Positions 23,401 through 36,600 of a stretch of DNA of 64,000 nucleotides are shown one piece after another. The first letter of the stretch is position 1. Each line of letters begins with the position of its first letter. Location of the stretch: positions 23,002,001 through 23,066,000 of the forward strand of contig OZ241833.1 of NCBI GenBank assembly GCA_965202585.1, read 5' to 3'. The position numbers and the translations under genes were made by a program. Origin of the DNA: Thalia democratica (lineage: Eukaryota). The notes under the pieces were generated by a model. The model ran no database searches. It saw only the letters and a list, made by a program, of their open reading frames with translations, and was not told the origin of the DNA.

Positions 23401-26400
23401 TAAAATTTAAAAATTTTTGCACCAAAATAATCACCTTTTAAGAAAACCAAAACTTATATAAAATAAATTTTCAATAAAAATTAGCTAAATTCTTAGCTTC
23501 CCAAATTTACTTGCTTATGGATTTTCACTGTAAATTAATAATAACATTGTTTTAAACATTCAAGTATTGTTTACAGTTTTTAAGTGTTTTTTCCAGTGCA
23601 GTATACAAAAGTCAAGTATCGTAATTAATATTTAATTTAAATAGAAATAATACTAGAAAAATATTAGTACATCTTATATTCAACGATAAACATAAAAAAA
23701 TTTCAGATTTTATGTTTGAAAATTTGTCATATTAATATGGTCAGTTTTTATTTTGGTAAACCTAAATGATTCAAAGTTGACTAGAATTAATAAAATTGCT
23801 TATAAAACTCCTTATGAGCAAAACAAAACCTTTTTACCTGACTTTTTAATTTAAAGTAGACTGCTATCAAGTTGTTTTTATACTTTCTGTACACTTTACC
23901 AAGTTTCATTCATTATGCTTTGGATAACAAATGTAAGTAAATATTTTTGTATTATAGTTTGTTTAAAAATAAAACTATTTGTTCTATATGATGATTGCGA
24001 TATTGACACAGCTGTAAAGAAATCACGTCTATTTGTTTTAAAACATTCAAGCAAAAGAAGAATGAATTTTTTAATATCAAAGATTAATGTCAAATGTGGC
24101 ATAAAATACTCCGTAAAACAACCTGTTGATATTGTAAATATTATCCGATTTTTTACCATAATTTTAGTGTTAAAAAAACATTCAAAGATGCTGCATGTTT
24201 CTCAATGAATTAAGCTAAGTTTCAATGGCTTAATGAAGCAAATAATTTATATATATTAATTATAACATAATTAAAAAGACACTTTTTTAGTCAAAACATG
24301 TTTTTGTTTTAATTTTATAAATCTAAATTTAAAGATAAAATGAGATAAATAAAATTTTGTTATTTTTAATTTTTCTAGTATGTAGTAATTCTCAACTTTA
24401 ATTGTTATTTTTTATCTAATGTATGTTGATTTTATGTAAAACTTTCTAAAACGAATACAGACAAATATATAGTCTTAATTAATCTTATGAATGTTATGTT
24501 TTTTGAACCTGCTTTTTAACTTTCTATAAAAGTATAAAATGTAAGTAAAGTGCATTTTATGAAGCTAAAAATAATAATAAAATCAATTTGTTTTTATTAA
24601 TTTGGAAAACTGTCAAACAAACATAAATTATTAGTCGTTGAAAGCTTGGAGTAAACAAAAAATATTAAGAAAAAAAAAAGCACTTTAACCTTTCCAAAAG
24701 GAAGTACTTTTAAAGAAAGTTTAAACAGAGCGCATTTTTGCCTGTAATTTTTTTTTGTTTTGTTATAGAGAATGCTTTGAAAAAAATTGACGCTACTTCA
24801 TTAAGATTTTCTTGAAAATATACGCTGCACAGTTTTAAAAATTAGACAAGTGAACTATAATGTATATTTTTAAATACCATTATATAAAAAAAAGAAAATT
24901 TCAAACGTTTCTACTTTATCATAAATGACCATTAATTTTGAATAAAGTTATAAAAAGTATTGTTCTACATTTCTATTTAAGATATATACTCAGAGTACTT
25001 CAATATCTTGTAAGAGTAAGCTTGTACGTAAATACAGTTCACTAAAATTGTTATAAAAAGTTCTGTCAATGCTGTTTTTTTTTTTTTTGTAAGGTTTAAT
25101 AAAAACTTTTAATTGAGTATTTGCTGTCACACAAAATAAGTAAATAAAAAAGGAATTTGAATTGTTAGAAAATTATACCAAATATTGATATCATATGTTA
25201 AAATAAAATTAACGTTGCGTAGTGTTAAAAAACTTATTGTAACTTCATTCTACCTAAATTTTTTAAATGTACAATGTTTTAATAGTTTTTAATTCATTCA
25301 TAGTTGTGTTAAGCTTAGAAATTTTGTAAATGAAAATTAATTCAAAAATTTTTTGATAACTTTCAATTTTTTATAGAATTTTTACGTGTAAAGATTGTAC
25401 AAAACTTTAACATTAATGACTAATGATAGACTTCTGATTTATAAATAAAAGCTTAAAACAAGTTAGGTCGTGGCGTTAATTAAAAAGTACTGCTTAGCAT
25501 ACTTTTATCTTTATAAAATAATTTTAAGTAATTTAACTCAGCTACTTAAAACCTAGTCAAGATACTACAAAAACTTGCATAATTAAATTCTTTCAAATTC
25601 CTAACAGCTGTCCGCAGTAATACAAACAACAGTAATCAAATACTTACTGCACGAAAATAGGACAGGCCGCGAGTAGCTAACATTTCTAATTGATAGGCAT
25701 TAAATGACTGCTTGAGCAAATATCAATGAAGCTAGTTATGCGAACATCGAAAAAACGTTTGTGATGTGCTTTACTGATGATAGGCAATTGTCAACTCCTT
25801 AATTAACTTTGTAGCTTTTAGTTGGATTATTTGGATCTTTTAAGACTTTTTTTAAATTTTTAACTTCAGTTAAACGAATTATCAAAACTATATTTGTCTA
25901 TAAAATATTTGTATTAGTGGAGTTTTATAAAAAAAATTATTATTTGTACTGAGAATTACATTGAAGATCTAAAAGTTTTAAAAGATTTTTAGTATTTTTT
26001 CGTTAAAGAATACAGAAAAAAGGTTAAGTAACCGTTTTTAACGAGCCTATAAGATTTTTAAATATTGAGAAAAATTGCTTGTACTTAATGTTGTTTACTT
26101 AGCAATGACACCTAACGATTAAACTTCAAAAATTATTAAAAAGTTAAACTAATTGTGGTTGGATTGCACAAGTACGACATTTCTAACTTTAAGTCAACAA
26201 ATAAAAGAATTGAATTTTGTGTAAAAAATTTACTTAACTTTTTTTTCAAATTTAAGCAAAATCTAATCACAAACAGAAACCTTTTCTAAATTTGAATTTG
26301 TTAACCAGCTTATGTTAATCTTTCGCTTCATTCCTGCCAAACACTTTTTATTCGAACTTTGTGTGGCATGATTATAGAATAAATAAGTTCAACAGTTTTA

Positions 26401-28153
26401 GAGATCTTTTACAAATTTTCTTTTTTTAATAGTTTTATTTTTTCAGCAGTTTTTCAATCAAGCAAAGTTTAACTTTTTTAAAAATATATTTATTTAGAAA
26501 AATGCAACTTTTCTCCGTTGCAAAGCTTTATTAAATCATTTAACAACACACATTACATAAGAAAAAAGTTATTGTAAAGATCTTTCGACTATGACTTTTC
26601 AATAGAAATATCTTAGTAAAAGTAAACTAAAACAAAGTACTTAAATTACGAAAATATAGATAAACTTATAGAATATACAATGACGTAATAATCAAGCGTA
26701 CAGTTTGAGTTTAAAATTAACAAAGGGCTAAAAAACATTTACTGCATACTTTTAAAACCTTTTAGACTAAAAATTAAAAATCAAACTAAATTAAAACAAC
26801 GATAAAATTACAGCACTAAAATTTATGTATTAAAATGTTTATGAAAACTATTATTAAACAAATATTAAAAATAAAGATTTTAAAAAGGGTAGTATGACCG
26901 AAAAGTTTTTTCGTACACCAGGTCCTTAAACAAAGCTTTTCAAGCATTTTTTATATCGTTTAATAAACAATATATATGTAACAAACGAACTTATTCTGTT
27001 TATATAACTGAGCTTTAACGATTGTATGCATAAAGCTTCTAAAATATGTAAAAAATATTAACTTGCAATAAAATAAAAGTTCTCTCCTTGTATTTATAAG
27101 TACACTTACGATTGTCAACTGAGTGCTTGCCAATTCCAGAAAAATAACTCACCTTAGGTTTTTATGATAGACCCTTAAATTAATTTTTCAAGGTTTTTGT
27201 CACATGCTAGTTAATTTGTAAGTGAAATATTTTTAAAGTTTTTTCCACGTAGTCACTAACATGGTATACCACAGTGACAACTAAATTTATAAGCTATGTT
27301 GCTTTTTTATTTGGTAGATAAAACGTCCTTGTGAATTCCACTTAGAGGTAGATTAGTGCAGTGGTCTTCATGGTATTCACGAAGATCACCTTCGGATGCA
27401 CGAAATTTATTCTGAAACTTCAACTAAATACAAGCTTTAAAGTGAACAACAAAAAATGTTAAGTTTTGAGCTTGGAGTGCACATATTTTTCTTTTCAGTT
27501 TAGTGTGCACTGATTTCAATTAGCGTGAGTTTGACACGTGACAAAAAGTTAATAAAGCTTTTAGAGGTTACACAGATAGATTAGCATACATCAGTTTACA
27601 AAACTCTTAAGCTCATGCAAAAATTTAAACAGTAGCTAAATTTTAACTAGACCTCATTTCAACTAAACTAAATTTTTTTTTTTTTTTTAATACTTTCAAA
27701 AATTGTAAATCGTAAATTTAAAAAAGCTTGAAAAATTTAAAAACTCAACTTCAGTAAAAGTTAGTTTGGAAAAGCATGATTTTTTTTTATAAAACAATAA
27801 GGATTATTCCATTAGAACTAATAAAAAAAAACAGCACTAAAGTTATTTAAATTTCATTTTAAACACTTTATCATAATAAAAAAAACTCCCGTATCAACTT
27901 TTGTAACATAAATTATGCCTTTCAAGCATCTCGTTTTATAAAAAAAATTAAATATTCATCCTTAACAATTGCAATATAAAAAGTTTAGTGGATCTTAAAT
28001 CAACTATAAAAATAGGTTGTCGTCTATAAAAGTAAAAAACCGTTGAAAACAAAAGACTTTTATGTTTCCAGTTATTTTTATATGTTTTGGTTTTAAGAAA
28101 ACAAATAGAGAGATCTCAACTGCTGGAGGAGAAGTAATGTATTTATTCTTTTA

Positions 28154-28212
28154 AAAATTTATTTTGCAAACTAAGTTTTGGTCAAAGACCTCGTCAGTGC
28201 TTAAATAAATCT
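28154..28212 (-). ncRNA. Hammerhead ribozyme copy with G12-to-A core mutation (probably inactive)
   Basis: Minus strand gcaCTGACGAGGTCTTTGACC-AAAAC-TTAGTTtgc; the conserved GAAA reads AAAA (position 28179). Confidence 0.7.
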
Positions 28213-29154
28213 AAAAAAAGATATGTGACAGTCATGGAAAATAGCATTTAAACAATTAAATTAAAATAAAAACAAATTATTACTGAAAATTTTTTACTTA
28301 AGAAACTAAACAAATCAAATTTTAATATTAAGACTGAGTTTTAGTAGAAGTTTAAATTTTTAGCTAAGTTTTAAAATCAATATAACAACAATAATAATAA
28401 TAATCATCAAAGCTGTATGTAGCTTTCTTTTTTCTTCTAGATAATTTACAGACTAAACATTGCTTAAGCAAAAGTGTAGTTAATGAAATGAGCTTAAAAT
28501 TTAATCGAAAATGGTGTAGCTTATTTTAATCGTGACGTAATTATTGAAAATTTGAACAATCTTGTGCTTTTAATCGTTATTAAAATTAAAATTCCCGCTC
28601 AAATGCTTTATATGAAAGCTTACAGTTAAAACAAATTTTTACCTTAAAACAAAACAAGTTAAATTATGGTGCTAAGTTTGAATTTTTGGCAAAGTTTAAA
28701 TTCTAGTTAAATTTAAAAATCAAAGAACAACACAAATAAATAAGAATAAGGTTAATAATAATAAGTGGGCTTAAGTTAAGATGCATTTTAATCAAGCTAA
28801 ATTTTATTGTGACTTGAATATTGTAAATTTAAGTAGTTTTGTGCTTGTAATAGTTACCAAAATTTGAAAATTTTGCTTGGATAATTTAGAAAAAAAAAAA
28901 AATTAACTTTAAGAAAATTATAGTTACAAAAATTAAAAAGCATGCATAAAACCTGTATTACGAGTAATTTAAGTTTTGAAGTGGAGTTTTCGGAAGTGCG
29001 GGCAGGAATAAAAGAGTTCGTACCGTTTGTTTAGATTATCCCTTCTGTCTGCTTTAGCGATCGCGACCTTTTCTAATATGCAAGTAATAATTTGTTTTTA
29101 TTTTAATTTAATTGTTTAAATGATATTTTCCATGACTGTCACATATCTTTTTTT

Positions 29155-29213
29155 AGATTTATTTATGCACTGACGAGGTCTTTGACCGAAACTTAGTTTG
29201 CAAAATAAATTTT
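29155..29213 (+). ncRNA. Minimal type I hammerhead ribozyme
   Basis: CTGACGA (29170-29176), stem II GGTC-TTT-GACC, GAAA (29188-29191), minimal stem III AC-TTA-GT, cleavage triplet GUU (after 29198), stem I ...atttatttatgca / tgcaaaataaat with one bulge. Confidence 0.8.
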
Positions 29214-32200
29214 TAAAAGAATAAATACATGTTTCCAGTTATTTTAAAAAACTTTTTTTAAAGAAAGTAAAATCATTGTATGTGATAATAACTTCAAAAA
29301 GAAATTTTTTTGATATTGTGCCTGTATTTGTAAAACTTTTTATAACAAAGTATTTAAAGAAATAAATATTTAGTACAAAAGTAATTAACAATAAACTAAA
29401 AAAATATTTTTTATTTGATGCTGAAACTTGCTTTTTCTTAACCTTAAAATTAAAAAATTATACGTGGTTCAAAAAAAAATTAAATACAATTTATAAAACT
29501 TACAACTTCCTTTATTTTGGTGTCTATTATGAAAAAATCTAACATATACAGCAATTTAGAATTTGTTACTTTTTAATGTTAATGTATTTATACAATGTGT
29601 AAAATCTTTTGAAAATAAGCAACTAAGTGATTATTAGAAATAAATGCTTTTATTAAGTAATAAGTTACTAAAAAAAATAAATTTCTTAAAATCTATAAAC
29701 ATAGATAATTTTGAAACTCATTGTTAAAATTTTAAAAGCTTTTCTTTTTGAAAATCAATATATATGATTATAGATTTCAAGAAATTTCTTTTTCTTAGTA
29801 ACTCATTACTTAATAAAAGCATCTATTTATAATAATCACTTATTTGCTCAAAACTTTTTATGTTTTGTACAGTTATACTTGATTTTTCTGCCAAAACTAA
29901 AAAAAACAAGTATTTCTTTATTTTAGTTGTTATTAACTAGAGAACAACTCATGTTTATTTTCATATTAGACTCGATTTTATTTGTTGAATATATACATAT
30001 TTTAAGATTACTTTGAAATAAAGATTTGTTTAAAAAAAAAACGGTATTTGTTTTAGATATTTTGTTTATTAAGCTAGCGAATCTATAATACTTTTTTTAC
30101 AATGGTAATTTTCACATTTTTTAACTATGTTTTAGGTGATTCATTACTTGGAGCTACTATTATTGTTTAACTTTTATAAAATAAACTCGTTTATTATAAA
30201 CTTTTTAACATTTAATCTTTTATAGTCAATAAGCTTTTTACTATTAGTACTAGTATAATTCTTACTGATTTAAAAGACATGTGGTATATTTTGTGAAAAA
30301 AATTTACTTCTTTTAATATATAATTTTAACTTAGAAAAATTATCAGCTGTAGTCTGCTTTTTCGTTTTTTTTTTTAAACTAATTAAATAATTTTAGGGTA
30401 ATATTATAATATACTACTATATTTAAAATAAATATCACAATAATTAAAAAGTACAGTTTTTAAACCTTAAATATAAATATAATAAAATTACTTATAATTA
30501 CAGTTAAACAATACATTTTTTGCATACAAAAAAAAACTTTTGATTTAGTTTTGAGTACTTTAAAATACATAAAAACAGTCGTAGTTATTTTCTGAACGTT
30601 TTTTGATTTTATTTTCCTGACAATTTTTCCACTTTGCAGTGATTTAAGTTGAAATTTGCATATCTAGAGAGAACAATAATATATAAATATTTTATACATT
30701 GTTTTTATTTTTTATTTTTTTGAATTTAACTTTGCTAACATCTAAATATATTTAAGTTCCTAAAAACCTGTAAATTTTTTAGATAAAAAGATAATTACAA
30801 AGGGTTTTTTTAAATTAATAAATTTATTTTTATTAGTGATAACGAAGCACGATGAGAAATATAAATAGGTTTTTCACAAGCTTTCCGTTAATAGCTTATT
30901 GTCTGATTGTCATTGAGATTTTGATATCTTGAATGGCAGATAAGTAGCTAAAATTGCACATAGTTTTCACAGTGATGACTTGTGCGTTAAAAAAAATATT
31001 TTTAATGCAGTTAAATCGACCATTCAAGTAGGTAACCAGGTTTGTCAGTTTCAACGTCAATCAGAATTTTCTTGCTTGCCTTTTTACGTCATTTATTTTT
31101 GTGTTTTGTTTGATAAGCCAACGAAAATTCTCACGTAGATTTACCTCTTTAATCTTCAGATAGTTCGTAAACAGTTGCTGAAATATCAAAAACTTTATTT
31201 AAAACTTTATTTAAAAGAAAATTTAACTTTCCATTATGTTTTTATCAATAACTTTAAGTACTGTCGAATGAGATGACTTAGTTTGTAGCTGTAACAATAT
31301 ATCTTAATAAAATTTTTACTTTAAAAATTTCGTAAAAACTTTGAAATAAATTATTTAAATAATTTTTTTTAATAAATTTATCATTAAGTTGTTTTGGTTA
31401 AATAATAAATTATTTAATTTTTTTTGTTTCGTTTTTTAGTTACGATGAAATAATTTTTTTAAATGTTTATTTCTATTCTTTCATAATCCTTAAATATGAC
31501 CGACTGGTACATTTTTTAAAATTAATTTTTTAAGGTATATTGCTTATACCGCCACAGAATTTAAGATTTACCATAATATTTAACTTGTCTGCATTATTAT
31601 TATTTTTTTTAAATAAATGCAGTTAACAAAAAGTATTTCTTTTGATAACAATTAGTTCTTTTAAAATTTTGAATTGATGCTAAAACTTTTGTGCACCAAA
31701 ATTAAAACAAACTTTTTTTGCTTATTATACAAATGCTTTATTTACTCGTAAATACCTTTAAGAATAAAACTAAACTTATATATGTGTTTAAATATGTATT
31801 ACTTTTAAACTTATAAGCCTTTTGATTATTTTTAATTTTTGCTTGAGTAAAGCACAAACAATTTTTTACAAACAGGCTTAAAACTATACTTTCTCACCAA
31901 AACGACTGAAAAAAGATAACTTAACATTTTTTAGGTATAATATTGTTTTGTGTTTAAGATAAAAACTATAAGCATCAAGTTCATAGTTTAGGATAGTTCG
32001 AATAAATGTCTTGTAATACTTAACATTATGGCTAAAAAAATTGTTTAAACAGTTATAAAGTTTTTAATAGCCGCTGGTTGTAAACTAATTATCTTTTATT
32101 AATTGTTTTATACCCAATAAACTTCTTTTTTTGTACTAATTTTAAACTTCATGATTTATTCATAAAAATCTCCGCAGAACTCATTGCATTTTTTCTTGCA

Positions 32201-32281
32201 GTCTTTTTTCTACTTTTAACACTAAATCTTAAAACCTTGTGCACAGTTTTTATACGAGTTTCTTCGGTTGCACCACAAAAC

Positions 32282-33124
32282 ATGAACGGGACAAACTCAA
32301 CTGAATACACTGCAGACAGCAGCTGCTGCTCAAAGTTTTACTTCATCGGCATATCCACGGCTTGTTGTGTGGTGACTGCAGTGCAGTTTGCACTTGAAAA
32401 GGAACTGAAAGACGTCAAACGAAACTACTTTCTGCACTCCTTCATAACCGTGCTGGAATGCGTGTTGATCTTCGTTTTCAACGAGCACCTGATGCAGTCC
32501 ACCTTGTACGAAAAAATCCTGATCTGCACCATTTGGACTTTGCACGCCGCCCTGAAAGCTTCCTCCTTCCTGCTGTTCTGGGTGCAGAGGAAGCTGTTCT
32601 ACAGGCGCACCGCCCTCGTCAACAACAGCCCCTCCAACGTGAAGACGGTCGAAACGGTCATCGCGGTGTGCTCGATAACCACCGACGCGTTCAAGTGCGG
32701 GGCGAACGTCCTGCAGGTGGCCAACAGCGAGCACTTGGGGTCGGGAAGCTGCGACGTCGTCACTTCCGACAAGTGGAACTTCGTCTTCATCTCCTGGTCG
32801 TACCTGCTGCGCACCCTCCTACTGGCGGTCATGTTCGAGCCCATCGTCTCGCACTGGAACCGGCTGGCGTCCTCCACCCAGGCCAACTTCGACTTCCGCA
32901 TGAAGGTCAAGGTGGCGCAGCCGGCCCTGCTCTCGTTTTTGTACTTTTGCGCGAACGCCACAAACGTGGTGAGCTTCATGCAGTACAGGGAGCGCCCCTG
33001 CGACCACATATTCGGCAAGAAGTTCGTCTACGTGCAGATCATGCCCATCTTTTATCTGGTGGCAGTCACCGTTCCGTACGATCGGATTCTGCAGTTCCTG
33101 CTGAAAAGTTGCGAAAGAGCTTAA
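32282..33124 (+). CDS. Single-coding-exon orphan multi-pass membrane protein, about 7 TM segments (GPCR/chemoreceptor-like), 280 aa
   Basis: First ATG at 32282 (the ORF track starts at a TTG); N-terminal NGT and NST glycosylation sequons; seven hydrophobic stretches; GC-rich codon usage like other real exons; no DRY or NPxxY motif recognised. Confidence 0.75.
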   Translation: MNGTNSTEYTADSSCCSKFYFIGISTACCVVTAVQFALEKELKDVKRNYFLHSFITVLECVLIFVFNEHLMQSTLYEKILICTIWTLHAALKASSFLLFWVQRKLFYRRTALVNNSPSNVKTVETVIAVCSITTDAFKCGANVLQVANSEHLGSGSCDVVTSDKWNFVFISWSYLLRTLLLAVMFEPIVSHWNRLASSTQANFDFRMKVKVAQPALLSFLYFCANATNVVSFMQYRERPCDHIFGKKFVYVQIMPIFYLVAVTVPYDRILQFLLKSCERA

Positions 33125-33273
33125 CCGGTTTTCGTTTGGTTTGTTTGAAATTCAGTGTCAGTGTGTGTTTGGTAATAGTTTTTTGTAAACGTTTTGTCGA
33201 ATAACAAAAAACGTATAAAGATATTTTTGTTTTTATTATTTCAAAAAAAATCTCTGCGTTAACGTTAAGAAAG

Positions 33274-33696
33274 GGGTGCACGACTATTCAAACTTGGACA
33301 ACTCAAATTCCGACAATTCAAATTCTTTAAAAAAAAATTGAAAGGGCAACTACTAAAAAAGTAATGTATATTTGTCAAATGTAAAAAATACGTATGTAGG
33401 TCTTATTAATATCTGCAAGCCATTTTTTTTATTTTTGCAAAACATTAAATATTTATTGAGATATAGCTTAAATAAAGTATAAAACATTGTTATTTTTAGT
33501 AATTTTAAAATATCTTGAAAAATATTTAACATTTTGCAAAAAAGAAAAAAGTGGCTTGTAGATACCAATAAGATCTACATATGTATAATTTTTTTTTTAA
33601 TTTATATTAATTATTGAGATATAGTTTTTCAAATACTTTTTTAAGATTTTGAATTGTCGGAATTTGAGTTGTCCGAATTTGAATTGTCATGTAACC
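33274..33696. mobile_element. Merlin-like MITE, 423 bp, with perfect 8-bp TSD
   Basis: TSD taagaaag at 33266-33273 and 33697-33704; GG...CC termini; about 55-bp TIRs built of GACAATTCAAAT-like subrepeats; interior also inverted. Confidence 0.8.
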
Positions 33697-36600
33697 TAAG
33701 AAAGACTGCTTGCTTTCATAACGCTCTAGAATAAAATTGTTTGTTTGCACATATTCTTTTCATTAACATTTATATTTAGTTTGTAAAAACTCACTCACAA
33801 TTATGGTTCTAAAATTAAACTAGTTTGATAAATCTTAGCATTAAAACTAATTTTTTTGTGTGTAAAATTGATTTCAGTTAATTATTTTTTATTTAATTGG
33901 TAAAAAATTTAAGTACTGTTTAATAGTTATGTTCCATTTATACTATGAAAAAAAAAAGTTTTAATGCTTTTTCGTCCAATAAATTATGCATGAAAAGTTT
34001 ATTCAGTTTTTGAAGTGCAGAACTTTAAAGATTTACCTAATAAAGTTAATAAGTGGATTAGATTTTTAATATTGTAGTGTTTTTTTTTTAAATTAGAGAT
34101 TTGAATTTTAACATTTATTTAACCATTAATTTTTTTTTTATTGTTTCAAAACTGAATATTTATTAATAACTTATATATTATTACACGTACATACTCCGAA
34201 AAGTCTAGTTTAAAAACAATTTTACGGTTGCGGAAATTTTTAGTACTAATTATTACGAAATAATGAGCAAGAAATTTTCTTAAGATAATAACTGTTCCAT
34301 ACTATATTTTCTACATAACATCTCATTTTAAGCTCGTTTATATATTCATTTGTTTAAACTAATATTTAAAATTAAACATAAAATGTAATTTTAAGAATCA
34401 ACTTTTACAGATGCGAAACTTTCTAATTTAAGTAAATCTAGTTAACATAAACGTTGTAGTATGCTTTTCTTCAAAAAAGTAACATAACCGTTTAGTGTAA
34501 AACCAAGGAAAATCATTTAAAACTTACTAAAGTTAATTTAATTTTTACCAAACTAGGTTATCAAAAACTAAACCTACAAAAATTTACATACTAGTGACTA
34601 AAATTTTATTTAAAAAATGTTTTTATTATAAAATGTGTGTTTAGACTGGTTTTCCTAAACCGTGCTACCCCTGAGAAAAAGAATAAAGTCTTAGAATAAT
34701 TACTAAAAAATATATTTAACCAGAAACAATATGCTTACTTGTTTGTACTTTTTTTTATATATAGTTTTAAATAATAAATGTTGAAGTCACAACATGTAAA
34801 CATTAGAATATTAGTTTCATATTCTGCTGATCAGATACTAGAAATAAGCCGTTGTTAGTTTTAATTTAAGAACTAGTTGTGATGTCATAATGAATTAATA
34901 ACTATTGAGAGCCTAGTTGTACTATAAAACTTTTACTGAAATACATAATTTTCAATGCACTGTTTTTGACTAGAAACTGCTGTTTTACATCAATGATTAT
35001 TATTTATAGTTTAACTACATCCAATTGTAGATGATGAACTGACGTGAGACAACTACTTATTTATATCAATAACAAAGCATTTAATATTGATTTTTATTAA
35101 ATTAGATTCACGCACGTCTTTTAATATGATGTTTTTCATTTATATTTGCTTATAACTTACTAAAAACTGCTCATGCCATTTTAACTAGTCAAACACGAAG
35201 TAAGAATAGTAACATTTAAAACTTTTCTTCAGAACAGCATGTAAATAAAAATAACTAATGTTGTTTTATCTTTCAAAAATGCTCTAAGTTGTTTGTTAAA
35301 ATTTAATATGAAATTAAAACCATTGACATTTTATGGTGACATTTTAACTTTTAGAAATGAAGAGGAAACTAAATAGTTTTTGTTACAAAAGGTATTTGAG
35401 TTGTAAAGAGTGTATTAACTTTAAAATTTCCAACCAAAAAGTATATTTAAATGTTTTAAAATTTTTAACTGTTATGTTATAAGAAATAGATTTTAATACA
35501 AGTTAATAATGTATTACTTTAATAGTAGATTACTTAATTTAATAGTTTAACAAAATGACCAAAATATTTGATTAAAAAAAAACTTAGTTCTACCAGAAAT
35601 AAACAGTTTTATAAATTTAAAAACTATTGTTATTATAATTTGTTTGTATTAACTGTCATGGTTTAGGCCAAACTTTTAAACAAGTATCCTATATATCAAA
35701 AACACAATAATTCTAAAGTAGAATATAAGACTATGTGTAATTTATATTAGAACAATTTTATCTGATAATAATATAACTCATATTTAGTTTGCAAAGTTAT
35801 TCTGTTTCTATTTCTTATACAAGATTTAATTTTAACAACAGAATAATAAGTTAAATCACAGACGAATCTTGTTTAAAAGTATATAAGTAAATTAACCTAC
35901 AAAAAAGTTAACGGATAAAGTTAAGCCAAGAAGATTCAACAACAGCTGGTTTTAAAGTAAAAGATGATTAATAGCTATCAAAAATACTGTTAAAAGTATA
36001 AATAAAAAAATGTTTTATTAATTTATCATTATATTTTTTAATACGTACGTGTTTAATACTACGAAAAACAAATGCTGTAATATGATAGTAAAACCTTACT
36101 TCATTTTCTGAAAGGTTTTATTTTAATTACCATATAAAATACTCTATTGTTATAATTAAAATAAGTTACCCTATCTAAAAAAAGGCTAGACCCACCCCTG
36201 ATATGAACGTGATAAAAATAGATTTAATCTTATTTTGTCTATAAAAAATTATATTTAGCATTCAAATGGTACACATTACATAAAAAATTTACTTTTTAAT
36301 TGTTCTTTTTTACTTTTGTTGTTGACTTCTGGATAAACTCATGAGAAAACCTTACTGATATTTAAAGCTCTATTAAGATATTTAACTCTGTTATGAAACA
36401 AAAAAAAAGCTTTGTTCAAAGGCTTGGTGCATGAAAAAACTTTTCGGTTATCGAGTCATACACCGTTATGGTACAGTTTAATGTTTTGTCCAGGACAAAA
36501 TAAATAAAAGAAATAAATATTTTTCAAAATATGGTACCTGTTTTACATTATTAAAAGTCTCCAAAACCTGATAATGCAGCAGCTCTAAAATTGATAGAAA

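Larger units (their letters stand above)
28079..29228 (+). mobile_element. Non-autonomous retroelement-like insert (Penelope-like/retrozyme) with inverted 148-bp hammerhead-containing repeats
   Basis: Inverted repeat 28137-28284 vs 29083-29230 (3 mismatches); 17-bp direct repeat atgtttccagttatttt at 28062-28078 and 29229-29245; AATAAA at 29220-29225 just 3' of the ribozyme; no ORF of 60 aa or more inside. Confidence 0.65.

Noticed and set aside
32330-33204. ORFs overlapping the 7TM gene in other frames
   Set aside because: Shadows of a GC-rich CDS; only the 32282 frame gives a coherent membrane protein
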